Shown here: positions 54,615 to 62,944 of the stretch, piece after piece
Layout: each line of letters starts with the position of its first letter
How positions within the stretch are numbered: position 1 is the first letter of the stretch
Sequence record: PZ338877.1
Source: a phage
DNA length: 64,000 bases
Direction: 5' to 3' (one strand)
The notes under the pieces: model-generated
Seen by the model: the letters and a program-made list of their open reading frames with translations, nothing else
Told to the model about the DNA's origin: nothing
Databases searched by the model: none
Position numbers and translations under genes: made by a program

Positions 54615-54702
54615 TGGTGTGCCGTGTAGGAGTCGAACCTACCGAGTCTCAATGACAAGGGATTTACAGTCCCCACCGCTACCATCTACGGGATAACGAC
54701 AC
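54615..54702 (-). tRNA. tRNA-Tyr (anticodon GUA), class II
   Basis: T-arm GTAGG-AGTCGAA-CCTAC, anticodon arm AGGGA-TTTACAG-TCCCC, 15-nt variable arm. Confidence 0.75.
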
Positions 54703-54773
54703 ATTTTATTATTCTATTCAGGCTAAGGACTTGCACCTTACAAATCGGTGAGCAATCGCTTCTCTCCTAAATT

Positions 54774-54850
54774 TGGCGGTTAGTCAGGGATTCGAACCCT
54801 GTGCCATTCGCTTAACAGGCGACCGCACATACCTTATGTGCTTCCTAACC
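54774..54850 (-). tRNA. tRNA-Asn (anticodon GUU)
   Basis: T-arm CAGGG-ATTCGAA-CCCTG, anticodon loop TTAACAG, D-stem GCAC/GTGC. Confidence 0.7.
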
Positions 54851-54902
54851 TTAATACATTGCCAGACCGTGTTTTTTTCTTTTATCCGCAAAAAGTAGTT
54901 TG

Positions 54903-54927
54903 TTGCTGCATACGGTCTTCTGCAAAA
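54903..54927. repeat. short repeat family copy (TTGCTGCATACGGTCTTCTGCAAA)
   Basis: same motif family, immediately 3' of tRNA at 54929. Confidence 0.7.
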
Positions 54928-54928
54928 T

Positions 54929-55005
54929 TGGAGGCGGGTGCAGGAGTCGAACCTGCCGATACCATGCTAATGAGACATGTGAGACGCCCTTTCTCTATAC
55001 CCGCA
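54929..55005 (-). tRNA. tRNA with CAU anticodon (second copy; Met or Ile2-type)
   Basis: T-arm GCAGG-AGTCGAA-CCTGC, anticodon arm CATGC-TAATGAG-ACATG; 1:72 unpaired; U at position 37. Confidence 0.6.
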
Positions 55006-55069
55006 ATTCTTAATGACCAGACCAAATCTCTTCTTTGTCCGATTTACCTTCAGATGAATAAGATTAAGT

Positions 55070-55094
55070 TTGCTGTAATTGGTCTTCTGTCAAA
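55070..55094. repeat. short repeat family copy (TTGCTGTAATTGGTCTTCTGTCAAA)
   Basis: same motif family, immediately 3' of tRNA-Glu. Confidence 0.7.
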
Positions 55095-55096
55095 AC

Positions 55097-55174
55097 TGGC
55101 GTTCCAGAAGGGATTTGAACCCTCAAATATCCACTTTGAAAGAGTGGTGACTTTACCATTTTGTCTACTGGAAC
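55097..55174 (-). tRNA. tRNA-Glu (anticodon UUC)
   Basis: T-arm AAGGG-ATTTGAA-CCCTC, perfect anticodon stem CCACT/AGTGG with loop TTGAAAG, perfect acceptor. Confidence 0.8.
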
Positions 55175-55181
55175 ATTAATT

Positions 55182-55258
55182 TGGTCTCTGTTGGAGGACT
55201 TGAACCTCCGGCCTTACCGCCCCAAACGGAACGCTCTACCAAGCTGAGCTAAACAGAG
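55182..55258 (-). tRNA. tRNA-Pro (anticodon UGG)
   Basis: T-arm GGAGG-ACTTGAA-CCTCC, anticodon loop CCCCAAA, D-stem GCTC/GAGC, perfect acceptor. Confidence 0.8.
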
Positions 55259-55423
55259 ATAAACTTTTCAAACTCTATGTAACCACTTTAACATTATTTT
55301 TTAGTGGTTGTCAAGAACTTTTTTAAAATATTTTTCAGTATCTTAGAAAAGCTCTCATTTCGTTTCTATGTAGAACATATTAAAGGGTATCAAACACATT
55401 GTCAATACCCTTTTTAAAACTTT

Positions 55424-56839
55424 TTACCAGATGTAACGGTCAATCATTACTGCTTTGAGCATTACGCTGATTGGGTCAAACTTCTCACCGCCAAGAAGAG
55501 CTTTTAAAGTGGCTGGAGAGAACCCTGATACCATTGCTACACCATTATCCTTAACAGATACTTCGCAAGTACCATTACGGTTTGCTAAGTACCAGAATAC
55601 TAGTTGCGGCATTTCGTATCCAGCTTTTTTGTACTTACTCTGAATTGCTTCAAAGTTTGTACGACCATTTGCACCATCAACCTGATTAAACTCCATATCA
55701 GAGAAGATAATGAGCTTACTTGGCATATCTTTCTGAGTCAAGTTGTTTCTCTTACCTACCTCAAGGATACGGTCAAAAGCTGCTTGTAAGTTAGTTGAGC
55801 CATATTCAACATGACGCATTACCTGACGGTGACGGTTTCGTAAATCACCACTCAGTTCAATGAAATGAGGGTTTGTTGAATAGACCATTAACTCATCTTT
55901 AAAGCAACCTGTATTGCGTTCTGCTACATACAAGGCAAGTGATACACCAATATCAAGGGCAGTAATTGAGCCAAGATTCACCCAAGACATTGAGCTTGAA
56001 ACATCAGTCATACATAAGATGTTTTCACCTTCTGCCATCCAGTTTGGTAGTGCTTTCCACTGCTCATTAGCGACATCAGCATTACCATACTTGATAGATT
56101 TAATCACATCGTATGGGTAAACAGCACCAGCGTTAATCTTGGCCTCACCTTTTGAGAGGGACTCGATGTAAGCTTTGTAACGTTCCCCATCTTTACGGCT
56201 AAAGAGCTTTTGGTAACGTGCAGCAGCGAGTGAAGGAATCTTGCTGTAGTCAATCTTACCAAACTCATTAGCAGAGATTTTTTGCTCAACCGTATCAGAT
56301 AGTGCAGATAACAGTGTGCGATACTCCTTCTCACTTAAGTTTGCAAACTTACAGAAACGTTTTACAAACTGTTTATGGCGTGGTTTTACTCGTGGCAACC
56401 ACTTAGCTGCTAAACCTGCTGTTGCAGGGTCTAGTAATGCTGATTCTAAATGTTTGAAGGCATCTGTCTCAAAACGAGTACCTACGAAGATTTTGAAGTC
56501 ATCAAAACGACCAAGTTCTGCAATCTTATCCATAATGCGAAGAACCTGTGTAGGTTCTAAAACTTTATCTTCAATTGCTTGAAGTAAAACAGTTCGGAAA
56601 GCTTTACGCTCACCCATACCTTCTCGTACATCTCGCATATGCAGTAAAATACGAACTGCAACATCAACATCCTCACGCAAAGCTTTGTAGAACAGGTCTG
56701 GTAAGATTTCTACATTGCTACGGCTTGAGCCAGCGGCTTTGTAAAAATCTACCAGAGCAGACATTGATGAAGTATGGTTTACAGCACCATTTTCAGTTCG
56801 ACCTGCATGAAGGTGCGCATGTTTAAATAACTCGCTCAT
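55424..56839 (-). CDS. vWA-domain protein with N-terminal helical domain (Ro60/TROVE-like or DUF2828-like, putative)
   Basis: 471 aa; C-terminal von Willebrand A fold with MIDAS-like DVSSSMS and later LIIFSDMEFN; N-terminal about 270-aa helical region; first gene upstream of tRNA array. Confidence 0.55.
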   Translation of the reverse strand: MSELFKHAHLHAGRTENGAVNHTSSMSALVDFYKAAGSSRSNVEILPDLFYKALREDVDVAVRILLHMRDVREGMGERKAFRTVLLQAIEDKVLEPTQVLRIMDKIAELGRFDDFKIFVGTRFETDAFKHLESALLDPATAGLAAKWLPRVKPRHKQFVKRFCKFANLSEKEYRTLLSALSDTVEQKISANEFGKIDYSKIPSLAAARYQKLFSRKDGERYKAYIESLSKGEAKINAGAVYPYDVIKSIKYGNADVANEQWKALPNWMAEGENILCMTDVSSSMSWVNLGSITALDIGVSLALYVAERNTGCFKDELMVYSTNPHFIELSGDLRNRHRQVMRHVEYGSTNLQAAFDRILEVGKRNNLTQKDMPSKLIIFSDMEFNQVDGANGRTNFEAIQSKYKKAGYEMPQLVFWYLANRNGTCEVSVKDNGVAMVSGFSPATLKALLGGEKFDPISVMLKAVMIDRYIW

Positions 56840-56919
56840 ATTTTACTCTCTTCTCTCATTGTTGTTTGATGTGACAGACTTTAGAGCAACTTTGTAGAGT
56901 CTGTCAACACCTTTTAAAA

Positions 56920-57291
56920 TTATTTTTTGAGAGTCGCTACAGCAGAGAACGTTGGTTTGTTATCTGTCTGTGGCTGACCACCATTATCAGTGGTCTTCTT
57001 AGTGTCTGCTGCAAGTGCTTTCATCTCACCTGCTGAGTGAGTAAAGATAGTTTTACCGACCTCAATCATGCTCTTGATGGTTACGTCATCTGTGTTTAAC
57101 CCGAACTCTGCAAGTTTGGCAGCGTCCCTTGTAACAATCGCCTCAAACAACTTTGCAGCAAACTCAGCAGAATTATCAATGGTCAGTTGAGCTTTTACGA
57201 GTGAGCTTTTGTTACGTGAACCTTTTGGTCTTCCAGATGGGTTACCAGACTGGCCTTTTTTAAACTGGCCTTTGTTTGTTCTGTTTTTCAT
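56920..57291 (-). CDS. hypothetical protein with basic N-terminal GNPSGRPKG (AT-hook-like) motif
   Basis: 123 aa; N-terminus KGQFKKGQSGNPSGRPKGSRNK. Confidence 0.45.
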   Translation of the reverse strand: MKNRTNKGQFKKGQSGNPSGRPKGSRNKSSLVKAQLTIDNSAEFAAKLFEAIVTRDAAKLAEFGLNTDDVTIKSMIEVGKTIFTHSAGEMKALAADTKKTTDNGGQPQTDNKPTFSAVATLKK

Positions 57292-57418
57292 TGGTATGCC
57301 TCTTATAAGACCTCTTAAAAGGCTTTTAAGATAAAAGATAGATATCCAGAAAGATATCTGTTTAAATAGCCTTTTTAGAGGAACCTTTTAAGTTATCTTC
57401 TAAGTATTTATAAGCCTA

Positions 57419-57495
57419 CACCTTGTCAAGTACTTTGTCAACAACTTTTTTAGCTTGCAATAGTTCTTGACTTGTTGTATGGATTACTGTACCAT
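57419..57495 (+). promoter_or_regulatory. conserved motif CACCTTGTCAAGTACTTTGTCAAC followed by sigma70-like promoter
   Basis: motif near-identical to 15429-15452; downstream TTGACT (57467-57472) - 17 nt - TACCAT (57490-57495). Confidence 0.45.
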
Positions 57496-57540
57496 CTTAC
57501 TTAAAGCTGTAGGTCTGCCTTGTTCTACAAAGGAGACTTA

Positions 57541-57702
57541 ATGAGAAAATCAAACAACCCGAAGAAAGGTAAAAATACCAATCACTGTAAGGAATCAAAA
57601 AGGGTAGAGTTACTCTACTATTCATCCTCTGAAATTGGTCTGTACCTGTTCTTTCAAAATTACAGAAGACAAGAGGATTATCTATGTGTAGTTCCCAATT
57701 AG
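57541..57702 (+). CDS. hypothetical small basic protein
   Basis: 53 aa from ATG with AAGGAG RBS. Confidence 0.3.
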   Translation: MRKSNNPKKGKNTNHCKESKRVELLYYSSSEIGLYLFFQNYRRQEDYLCVVPN

Positions 57703-57917
57703 AAATCGCAGATATTATAGATTTATATCAAACTGCAAAGAGTCATGGCTATATAACCTCAATTGGAAAGAATAGTCACTACGATGCTTTGACTGGAATG
57801 TATTTCAGGGCAATGGCTCAATCTAGTGAACAGCACTTGATGGTTTCTTCCAGTGAGTTTACTTCGTTTCTCTATTGCAGCAAAATCATAAATCGCAGGA
57901 GAACTGAAAAATGTTAA
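57684..57917 (+). CDS. hypothetical protein
   Basis: 77 aa, AAGAGG RBS. Confidence 0.4.
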   Translation: MCSSQLEIADIIDLYQTAKSHGYITSIGKNSHYDALTGMYFRAMAQSSEQHLMVSSSEFTSFLYCSKIINRRRTEKC

Positions 57918-58501
57918 CAGTAAGTTTTAATTACAATAGTGATGGCTCTGTATCAATTAATTCACCATATGCAAATGACCTATTGAAAGAGCTAGTTAAT
58001 CAGTGTGATAGAGGTCTTCACTATGTCCCAAATTCTTTCAAGCAGAAGACTATTGCTAATAACTTGATGCGTGTGACGGTTACAACATCAAATCCAAACT
58101 ACGACATTGATAGTGAAAGCCCTTATTCTTTAGTGGCTCTTGGAGAGTGCAGTCAATTTAAACTTGTATGCCACGACTCAGAAACATTTCTTAAGGTGTT
58201 TTCCAACCTTATTCACAATAATAAGTACGGGTATGTTGACGGTAGTGCAAACTTCTATCCAGCAAACTATACATGCCTATTGATTGATAATATGAGAAGT
58301 AGCAAGCAAGAGCCTACAGAAATCTCATTTGATGTGAACTCTAGTCCAGACGCAGAAACAAGTAACAACTTTGATATGAGTTACGCGCTATCACTTAGCA
58401 AGAAATCCGAGTTCATTGATTATGTCAATGGATTTGGTTTTAAGTTTGACGAGAACATGAATCTCAAAAAACTTAAGAACCTACTTAAGACCAAAGCTTA
58501 A
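57911..58501 (+). CDS. hypothetical protein
   Basis: 196 aa, AGGAG RBS. Confidence 0.5.
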   Translation: MLTVSFNYNSDGSVSINSPYANDLLKELVNQCDRGLHYVPNSFKQKTIANNLMRVTVTTSNPNYDIDSESPYSLVALGECSQFKLVCHDSETFLKVFSNLIHNNKYGYVDGSANFYPANYTCLLIDNMRSSKQEPTEISFDVNSSPDAETSNNFDMSYALSLSKKSEFIDYVNGFGFKFDENMNLKKLKNLLKTKA

Positions 58502-58548
58502 GTATAAACAGGGGCTAATGCCCCTTTATCTATTTATAAGGATATTTA

Positions 58549-58920
58549 ATGAAGGCTAAGAGTGCAAAAGACTTTTATTGCTTCCTACAATCCTATATCA
58601 ATTCCGTGGAGAAAGGTGATAGATATAATCTTAAAGATGTTATTGCATCACCTTTAACATGGAGACTTAGCAAATGGCCTGAAGAAGATATCACACCCAC
58701 TAGTAAACAACCTACCTACATCCCAGATATTAATCTCCCAGATTCAGATAAGTTATTGTACCCAATGTTCCACATTGTTGGGCTTGGTACATTTCTTATG
58801 GATATCCAGTATGTAATCGGTAAAGGTTATAAGGTTGAAGGTATCGTTGTTGGTGATGTGTCTCCACAACATAAAGGCTATTTTAGATTAAACGCACGTT
58901 TAGAGGCTAAAAAGAAATGA
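58549..58920 (+). CDS. hypothetical protein, paralog of N-terminal domain of downstream Ig-like protein
   Basis: 123 aa; shares motif (F)(L/F)MD(I/L)QYVI..GK with 58917-59801 product. Confidence 0.5.
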   Translation: MKAKSAKDFYCFLQSYINSVEKGDRYNLKDVIASPLTWRLSKWPEEDITPTSKQPTYIPDINLPDSDKLLYPMFHIVGLGTFLMDIQYVIGKGYKVEGIVVGDVSPQHKGYFRLNARLEAKKK

Positions 58921-59801
58921 TTAAAGCAAAGACTTACCCAGACTTCAAAGAATTTGTAAAGGGCTTCATTGCAAATGTAAAAGCTGGTAAGAGATATGAT
59001 TTTAGAACATATCAAGAAGCTATTTTACCACTCACCTATAGCTCATATTGGCCTGAAGCTGATATTGCAGAGGTTAAGAAGTTTGACTACAAACCAGACT
59101 ACAAAGTTCCTTTTAGTGATGAACTCCTTTACAGTGTTGGCGCACAGATGAGAACTGCTGATTTCTTCATGGATTTACAGTATGTAATCATCAACGGTAA
59201 AGATGTTGACACAATTTACTGTGAATGGTTGGCAAGAGTTAAGCCGTTCTCAATGCTGAATGCTAAGTTGAAAGATGCCATCACACCACCATCAATCACT
59301 CAGCAACCAACAAACCAAACAGTCAATGAAGGTGGAACGCTTACTCTAAGTGTTGTTGCATCTAATGCCACTGGTTATCAGTGGAAGAAAGATGGTGAGG
59401 ACATCTCCAGTGCCACTTCTGCAACTTACACAAAACAATCCGTAGCGCCTGCTGATGCTGGTTCATATACTTGTGTTGTATCTGGAGAGGGTGGGACAAG
59501 TGTCACCTCAGATGCAGCAACAGTGACTGTGAATGCCTTACCAGTTATCACTCAACAACCATCCAATCAAGAAATCACTGAAGGTGATACCTTAACACTG
59601 AGTGTTGTGGCAACAGGTGCAACAGGTTACCAGTGGAAGAAAGGTGAGGAAGTCATCCCAGACGCAACTGCTGCAACTTACACTAAAGAAGGTGCAACCG
59701 CTGCTGATGCAGGAAGCTACACCTGTGTAGTAACTGGCGCAGGTGGCTCTGTAACATCTAATGCAGCAACAGTTACAGTTAACCCAACAGGGGAGGCATA
59801 A
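58917..59801 (+). CDS. protein with two tandem immunoglobulin-like domains
   Basis: 294 aa; C-terminal half has two about 83-aa repeats (...TLTLSVVA..ATGYQWKK.GE.I..AT.ATYTK...A.AADAGSYTCVV.G.GG..TS.AATVTVN) with I-set-like W and C. Confidence 0.6.
   Translation: MIKAKTYPDFKEFVKGFIANVKAGKRYDFRTYQEAILPLTYSSYWPEADIAEVKKFDYKPDYKVPFSDELLYSVGAQMRTADFFMDLQYVIINGKDVDTIYCEWLARVKPFSMLNAKLKDAITPPSITQQPTNQTVNEGGTLTLSVVASNATGYQWKKDGEDISSATSATYTKQSVAPADAGSYTCVVSGEGGTSVTSDAATVTVNALPVITQQPSNQEITEGDTLTLSVVATGATGYQWKKGEEVIPDATAATYTKEGATAADAGSYTCVVTGAGGSVTSNAATVTVNPTGEA
59281..59780 (+). repeat. tandem ~250-bp intragenic repeat encoding Ig-like domains
   Basis: two near-identical DNA/protein units. Confidence 0.7.
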
Positions 59802-60265
59802 TGCAACTCTCAAGAAAAGGTTTAGAAGCCATTAAGTTCTTTGAAGGTCTGAAGTTAGAGGCTTACGAAGACTCTGCCGGAATCCCAACAATTGGGTATG
59901 GTACAATCCGTATTGACGGAAAACCTGTTAAGATGGGTATGAAAATTACTGCTGAACAGGCTGAACAGTATCTTCTTGCAGATGTTGAGAAGTTCGTTGC
60001 AGCAGTGAATAAAGCTATCAAGGTTCCAACTTCTCAGAACGAGTTCGATGCACTTGTAAGTGAAACATACAACATCGGTATCACAGCTATGCAGGATTCT
60101 ACATTTATCAAGCGCCACAATACTGGTAATAAGGTAGGTTGTGCAGAAGCTATGCAGTGGTGGAACAAGGTTACAGTCAAAGGTAAGAAGGTCACTTCAA
60201 ACGGCCTGAAAAACAGACGTAGAATGGAAGCTGACATTTATCTTGACAGTGTATATCCAAAGTAA
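59801..60265 (+). CDS. endolysin, GH24 lysozyme
   Basis: 154 aa; catalytic triad spacing E-x8-D-x5-T in FEGLKLEAYEDSAGIPTIGYG; no N-terminal TM. Confidence 0.8.
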   Translation: MQLSRKGLEAIKFFEGLKLEAYEDSAGIPTIGYGTIRIDGKPVKMGMKITAEQAEQYLLADVEKFVAAVNKAIKVPTSQNEFDALVSETYNIGITAMQDSTFIKRHNTGNKVGCAEAMQWWNKVTVKGKKVTSNGLKNRRRMEADIYLDSVYPK

Positions 60266-60274
60266 TATCTTCAT

Positions 60275-60299
60275 AGGCTCCTTCGGGAGCCTTTTTTAT
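60275..60299 (+). terminator. rho-independent terminator after endolysin
   Basis: stem AGGCTCC/GGAGCCT with TTCG loop followed by TTTTTT. Confidence 0.7.
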
Positions 60300-60316
60300 T
60301 TTCTAAGGAGAAAATT

Positions 60317-60715
60317 ATGAAGCTTTGGGCTAGTGACTTTGGGACTTTTAAGTACACTCGTAATGGTTCACTTGTACGCATCATTGGGAGTAACGTTGTT
60401 ACAGTTGGTGATAGGGTACATACAATGTTCACCGTTGAATTGGTTGAACTCTCACCTATTGAGGCTGCTAATAACGGTTTATTCAAATTTGAGACTTACC
60501 ATGTAAATGAGCATGGACAATTTAATACTCTAGGTGAAAGTGGCCTTGATATTATTTCAGAGAACCCATTGACAAGAGAGCAGCTTGCAGGTTACTATAA
60601 AACCATTCTTGAGAGAACTTTGGCAACACATGAGAATGAAGCCAGATATCACATTGAACGGTGTGAAGTTCTAAAAGCAAAAATCGAACAAGCAGAGAGA
60701 GGTTTTTATGAATAA
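60317..60715 (+). CDS. hypothetical protein
   Basis: 132 aa, AAGGAG RBS. Confidence 0.5.
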   Translation: MKLWASDFGTFKYTRNGSLVRIIGSNVVTVGDRVHTMFTVELVELSPIEAANNGLFKFETYHVNEHGQFNTLGESGLDIISENPLTREQLAGYYKTILERTLATHENEARYHIERCEVLKAKIEQAERGFYE

Positions 60716-61115
60716 AGATGTTAGAGATATTAAAGTAAAGGTTGACACATTTGGTCATGATGGTCGAGAAGACATTGGTTTTGCCGACGCAGTAATATTC
60801 AAGTGCAATGGAGATTTATGCCTTTGTTTTACAGGGTCTGGAAGCACCCTTCATCGAGTGCGAGATGATGAAGATGGTTGCCCTGTATTTGGTTGGTTTG
60901 ACAGGGAGTTCCCTCTTTACGCAATCCACTACCCAGATGGTAGTGAAGACTGGACGACTCAATCAATCTTTGATGAGCTTAACGGTGTTCCAGTTGAGCA
61001 AGAAGAAGAAGAAGAGCAAGAACCTGTTGAACTCACCTTCACTTTTATCAAAGAAGAGACTGTTGGGGACTTATCAGTAACTGAAGCAATCCAAGTTACA
61101 CAGGTTATTCGTTAA
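60708..61115 (+). CDS. hypothetical acidic protein
   Basis: 135 aa with EQEEEEEQE stretch. Confidence 0.5.
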   Translation: MNKDVRDIKVKVDTFGHDGREDIGFADAVIFKCNGDLCLCFTGSGSTLHRVRDDEDGCPVFGWFDREFPLYAIHYPDGSEDWTTQSIFDELNGVPVEQEEEEEQEPVELTFTFIKEETVGDLSVTEAIQVTQVIR

Positions 61116-61408
61116 TGAGTAAAGTACAGGTTATTTTCCCTATTTGTGACTTCTCACTAGAGCGTGAACTTGACCTGTACGAAGAAATTACTGACGAAAT
61201 CATCTGGTCTGTTGTAGAAGAGGCTATCAAGAAACTGTATGGTGGCCTCTTAAATCCATCAAGTAAAAAGCTCAACACTAAACAAGTAGCTGATACGTAC
61301 ACTTCATACGATGCCTACAACAAACCTTTTGAGAATACCTGCTTTGACCTTATGGTAGGTAATAATAAAGTCAACTATTTCTTCGTCAGAGAGTTTAACG
61401 ATGAGTAA
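61115..61408 (+). CDS. hypothetical protein
   Basis: 97 aa. Confidence 0.45.
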   Translation: MSKVQVIFPICDFSLERELDLYEEITDEIIWSVVEEAIKKLYGGLLNPSSKKLNTKQVADTYTSYDAYNKPFENTCFDLMVGNNKVNYFFVREFNDE

Positions 61409-61745
61409 GCTCCACGTAACGGTCTATAAAAACTTCTCAGATATCAAAGAGTCTTTAACCAATAAGCTTGACATGCAACGGAAAAGACTCTTTTTGATGT
61501 ATGACATTGACAACTACAACCATCCTAAAGAGTTTAACTACAAAGATGGTACAAAGGTTGTTGAATTTGAAGATTCTGTAACGGTGTATGTCAAACACGA
61601 CTTACCAGCAAAGTATATAGGGATGTTAGAGTACTACATATTCAAACATACAGGTATGCGTGGTGAATCTGTCAAGATATCTTCTATAGAAGTTTTTGAG
61701 AAACCTAACACACAACTTAAAAAGTATTTAATGAGGAAACTGTAA
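61401..61745 (+). CDS. hypothetical protein
   Basis: 114 aa. Confidence 0.45.
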   Translation: MSKLHVTVYKNFSDIKESLTNKLDMQRKRLFLMYDIDNYNHPKEFNYKDGTKVVEFEDSVTVYVKHDLPAKYIGMLEYYIFKHTGMRGESVKISSIEVFEKPNTQLKKYLMRKL

Positions 61746-62326
61746 TGTCCGAAGAGCAACAGGATATTATCCCACAAGTAACATTAGTCCAACATTTTGG
61801 AAACATTGAAGGGTGTGTTGCACTTTTTCAACCAAGTATCAATTCCCCTGCAAAAGTTTGCAAGTTGACTATGAATGTTAATAACATTAGTGTCTGCCTT
61901 GTTGATGAAGTCCAGTACTTCAAGTTTAATGACAGAGAAGTTGATGCTGCACTTTTGAAGTATCGAGCTAGTCTCGAAAAAGATATTGACCATAAAGAAC
62001 TTGTAACACTGTTTGGTGACCTTCACAAGCTTCTTGAAAAGGTTATGAAGCGTACATACTACATGAATAATGGTTCAATTATCACCACCCTAATTTCACC
62101 GTGTATCTCAGAGCCAATTCTGACCGATGATGGCGGGTACTATGTTGTAGCATCAGCAGATTCTGACTGGTGGATGAAAAATACAGCACTGAAGACAGTG
62201 ATTGAAGCCATTCGTGAGCATATCCCTTCATTCAGCCCGTGGAAAGGGAAAGGTGATGAATTTATCGCACTATTGAGTGAAGAGAGCAACAAGCGCAGCG
62301 CATTACTGCCTAAAAAATACTCTTGA
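61745..62326 (+). CDS. hypothetical protein
   Basis: 193 aa. Confidence 0.5.
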   Translation: MSEEQQDIIPQVTLVQHFGNIEGCVALFQPSINSPAKVCKLTMNVNNISVCLVDEVQYFKFNDREVDAALLKYRASLEKDIDHKELVTLFGDLHKLLEKVMKRTYYMNNGSIITTLISPCISEPILTDDGGYYVVASADSDWWMKNTALKTVIEAIREHIPSFSPWKGKGDEFIALLSEESNKRSALLPKKYS

Positions 62327-62398
62327 CCAAGTATACAATATTAACTATGATGGGAGCTATCGAGAGGTAGTTCCCTTTTTAGTTTCTGGAGAATAGAT

Positions 62399-62944
62399 AT
62401 GCCTAAAGTGAAAGAACACGATAAAATTATTTTGTATGTTAAACAGAACCCTTCAAAGAGTGTGGAGGCTGTTGTAACACATATCTCGCATACTGGCACA
62501 GTTTATTTTCGACCACTGAAGAACTTAGACTTTGACATAACACCAAACCACACATTTAGTACCTCCGCAAGACTGTGTGCAGGAACTGTATACTCAACTG
62601 CTGAGATTGAGTCTTTAGCTTTCACAGGTGCTTACAAGAACTTTATAGGGATTGCTTTAAAGGACTCTGAGGAATCTTTTAAATTTTTCATGGATGCTGC
62701 CAATGGTGGTCGTAGATATACCATGCCAGTCTTTAAGAAAGTTGATACAGAGATTGTCAACAAGTGCGAAGAAATTAGCAGTGACCTGAAGGAACTTAAG
62801 GCATCTGTGCAGAATGCAATTTACATTATTGAAAAGAATCACTTAGAAGTTCTTTTCAGAGATATGCTGAAAGCAGGGTTTACTCCAGACGAAATTACAA
62901 GAGAAACTCAACGTCAGTTCAGAAATGCTATGGTGAAAGAATGA
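62399..62944 (+). CDS. hypothetical protein
   Basis: 181 aa. Confidence 0.5.
   Translation: MPKVKEHDKIILYVKQNPSKSVEAVVTHISHTGTVYFRPLKNLDFDITPNHTFSTSARLCAGTVYSTAEIESLAFTGAYKNFIGIALKDSEESFKFFMDAANGGRRYTMPVFKKVDTEIVNKCEEISSDLKELKASVQNAIYIIEKNHLEVLFRDMLKAGFTPDEITRETQRQFRNAMVKE

Noticed and set aside
54838-55179. 113-aa plus-strand ORF
   Set aside because: Antisense across three tRNA genes; spurious.
50062-55258. tRNA genes as host attachment sites or prophage boundary
   Set aside because: Many co-oriented tRNAs tightly packed with phage genes on both sides, and no integrase or recombinase in the window; this is a phage-encoded tRNA array.
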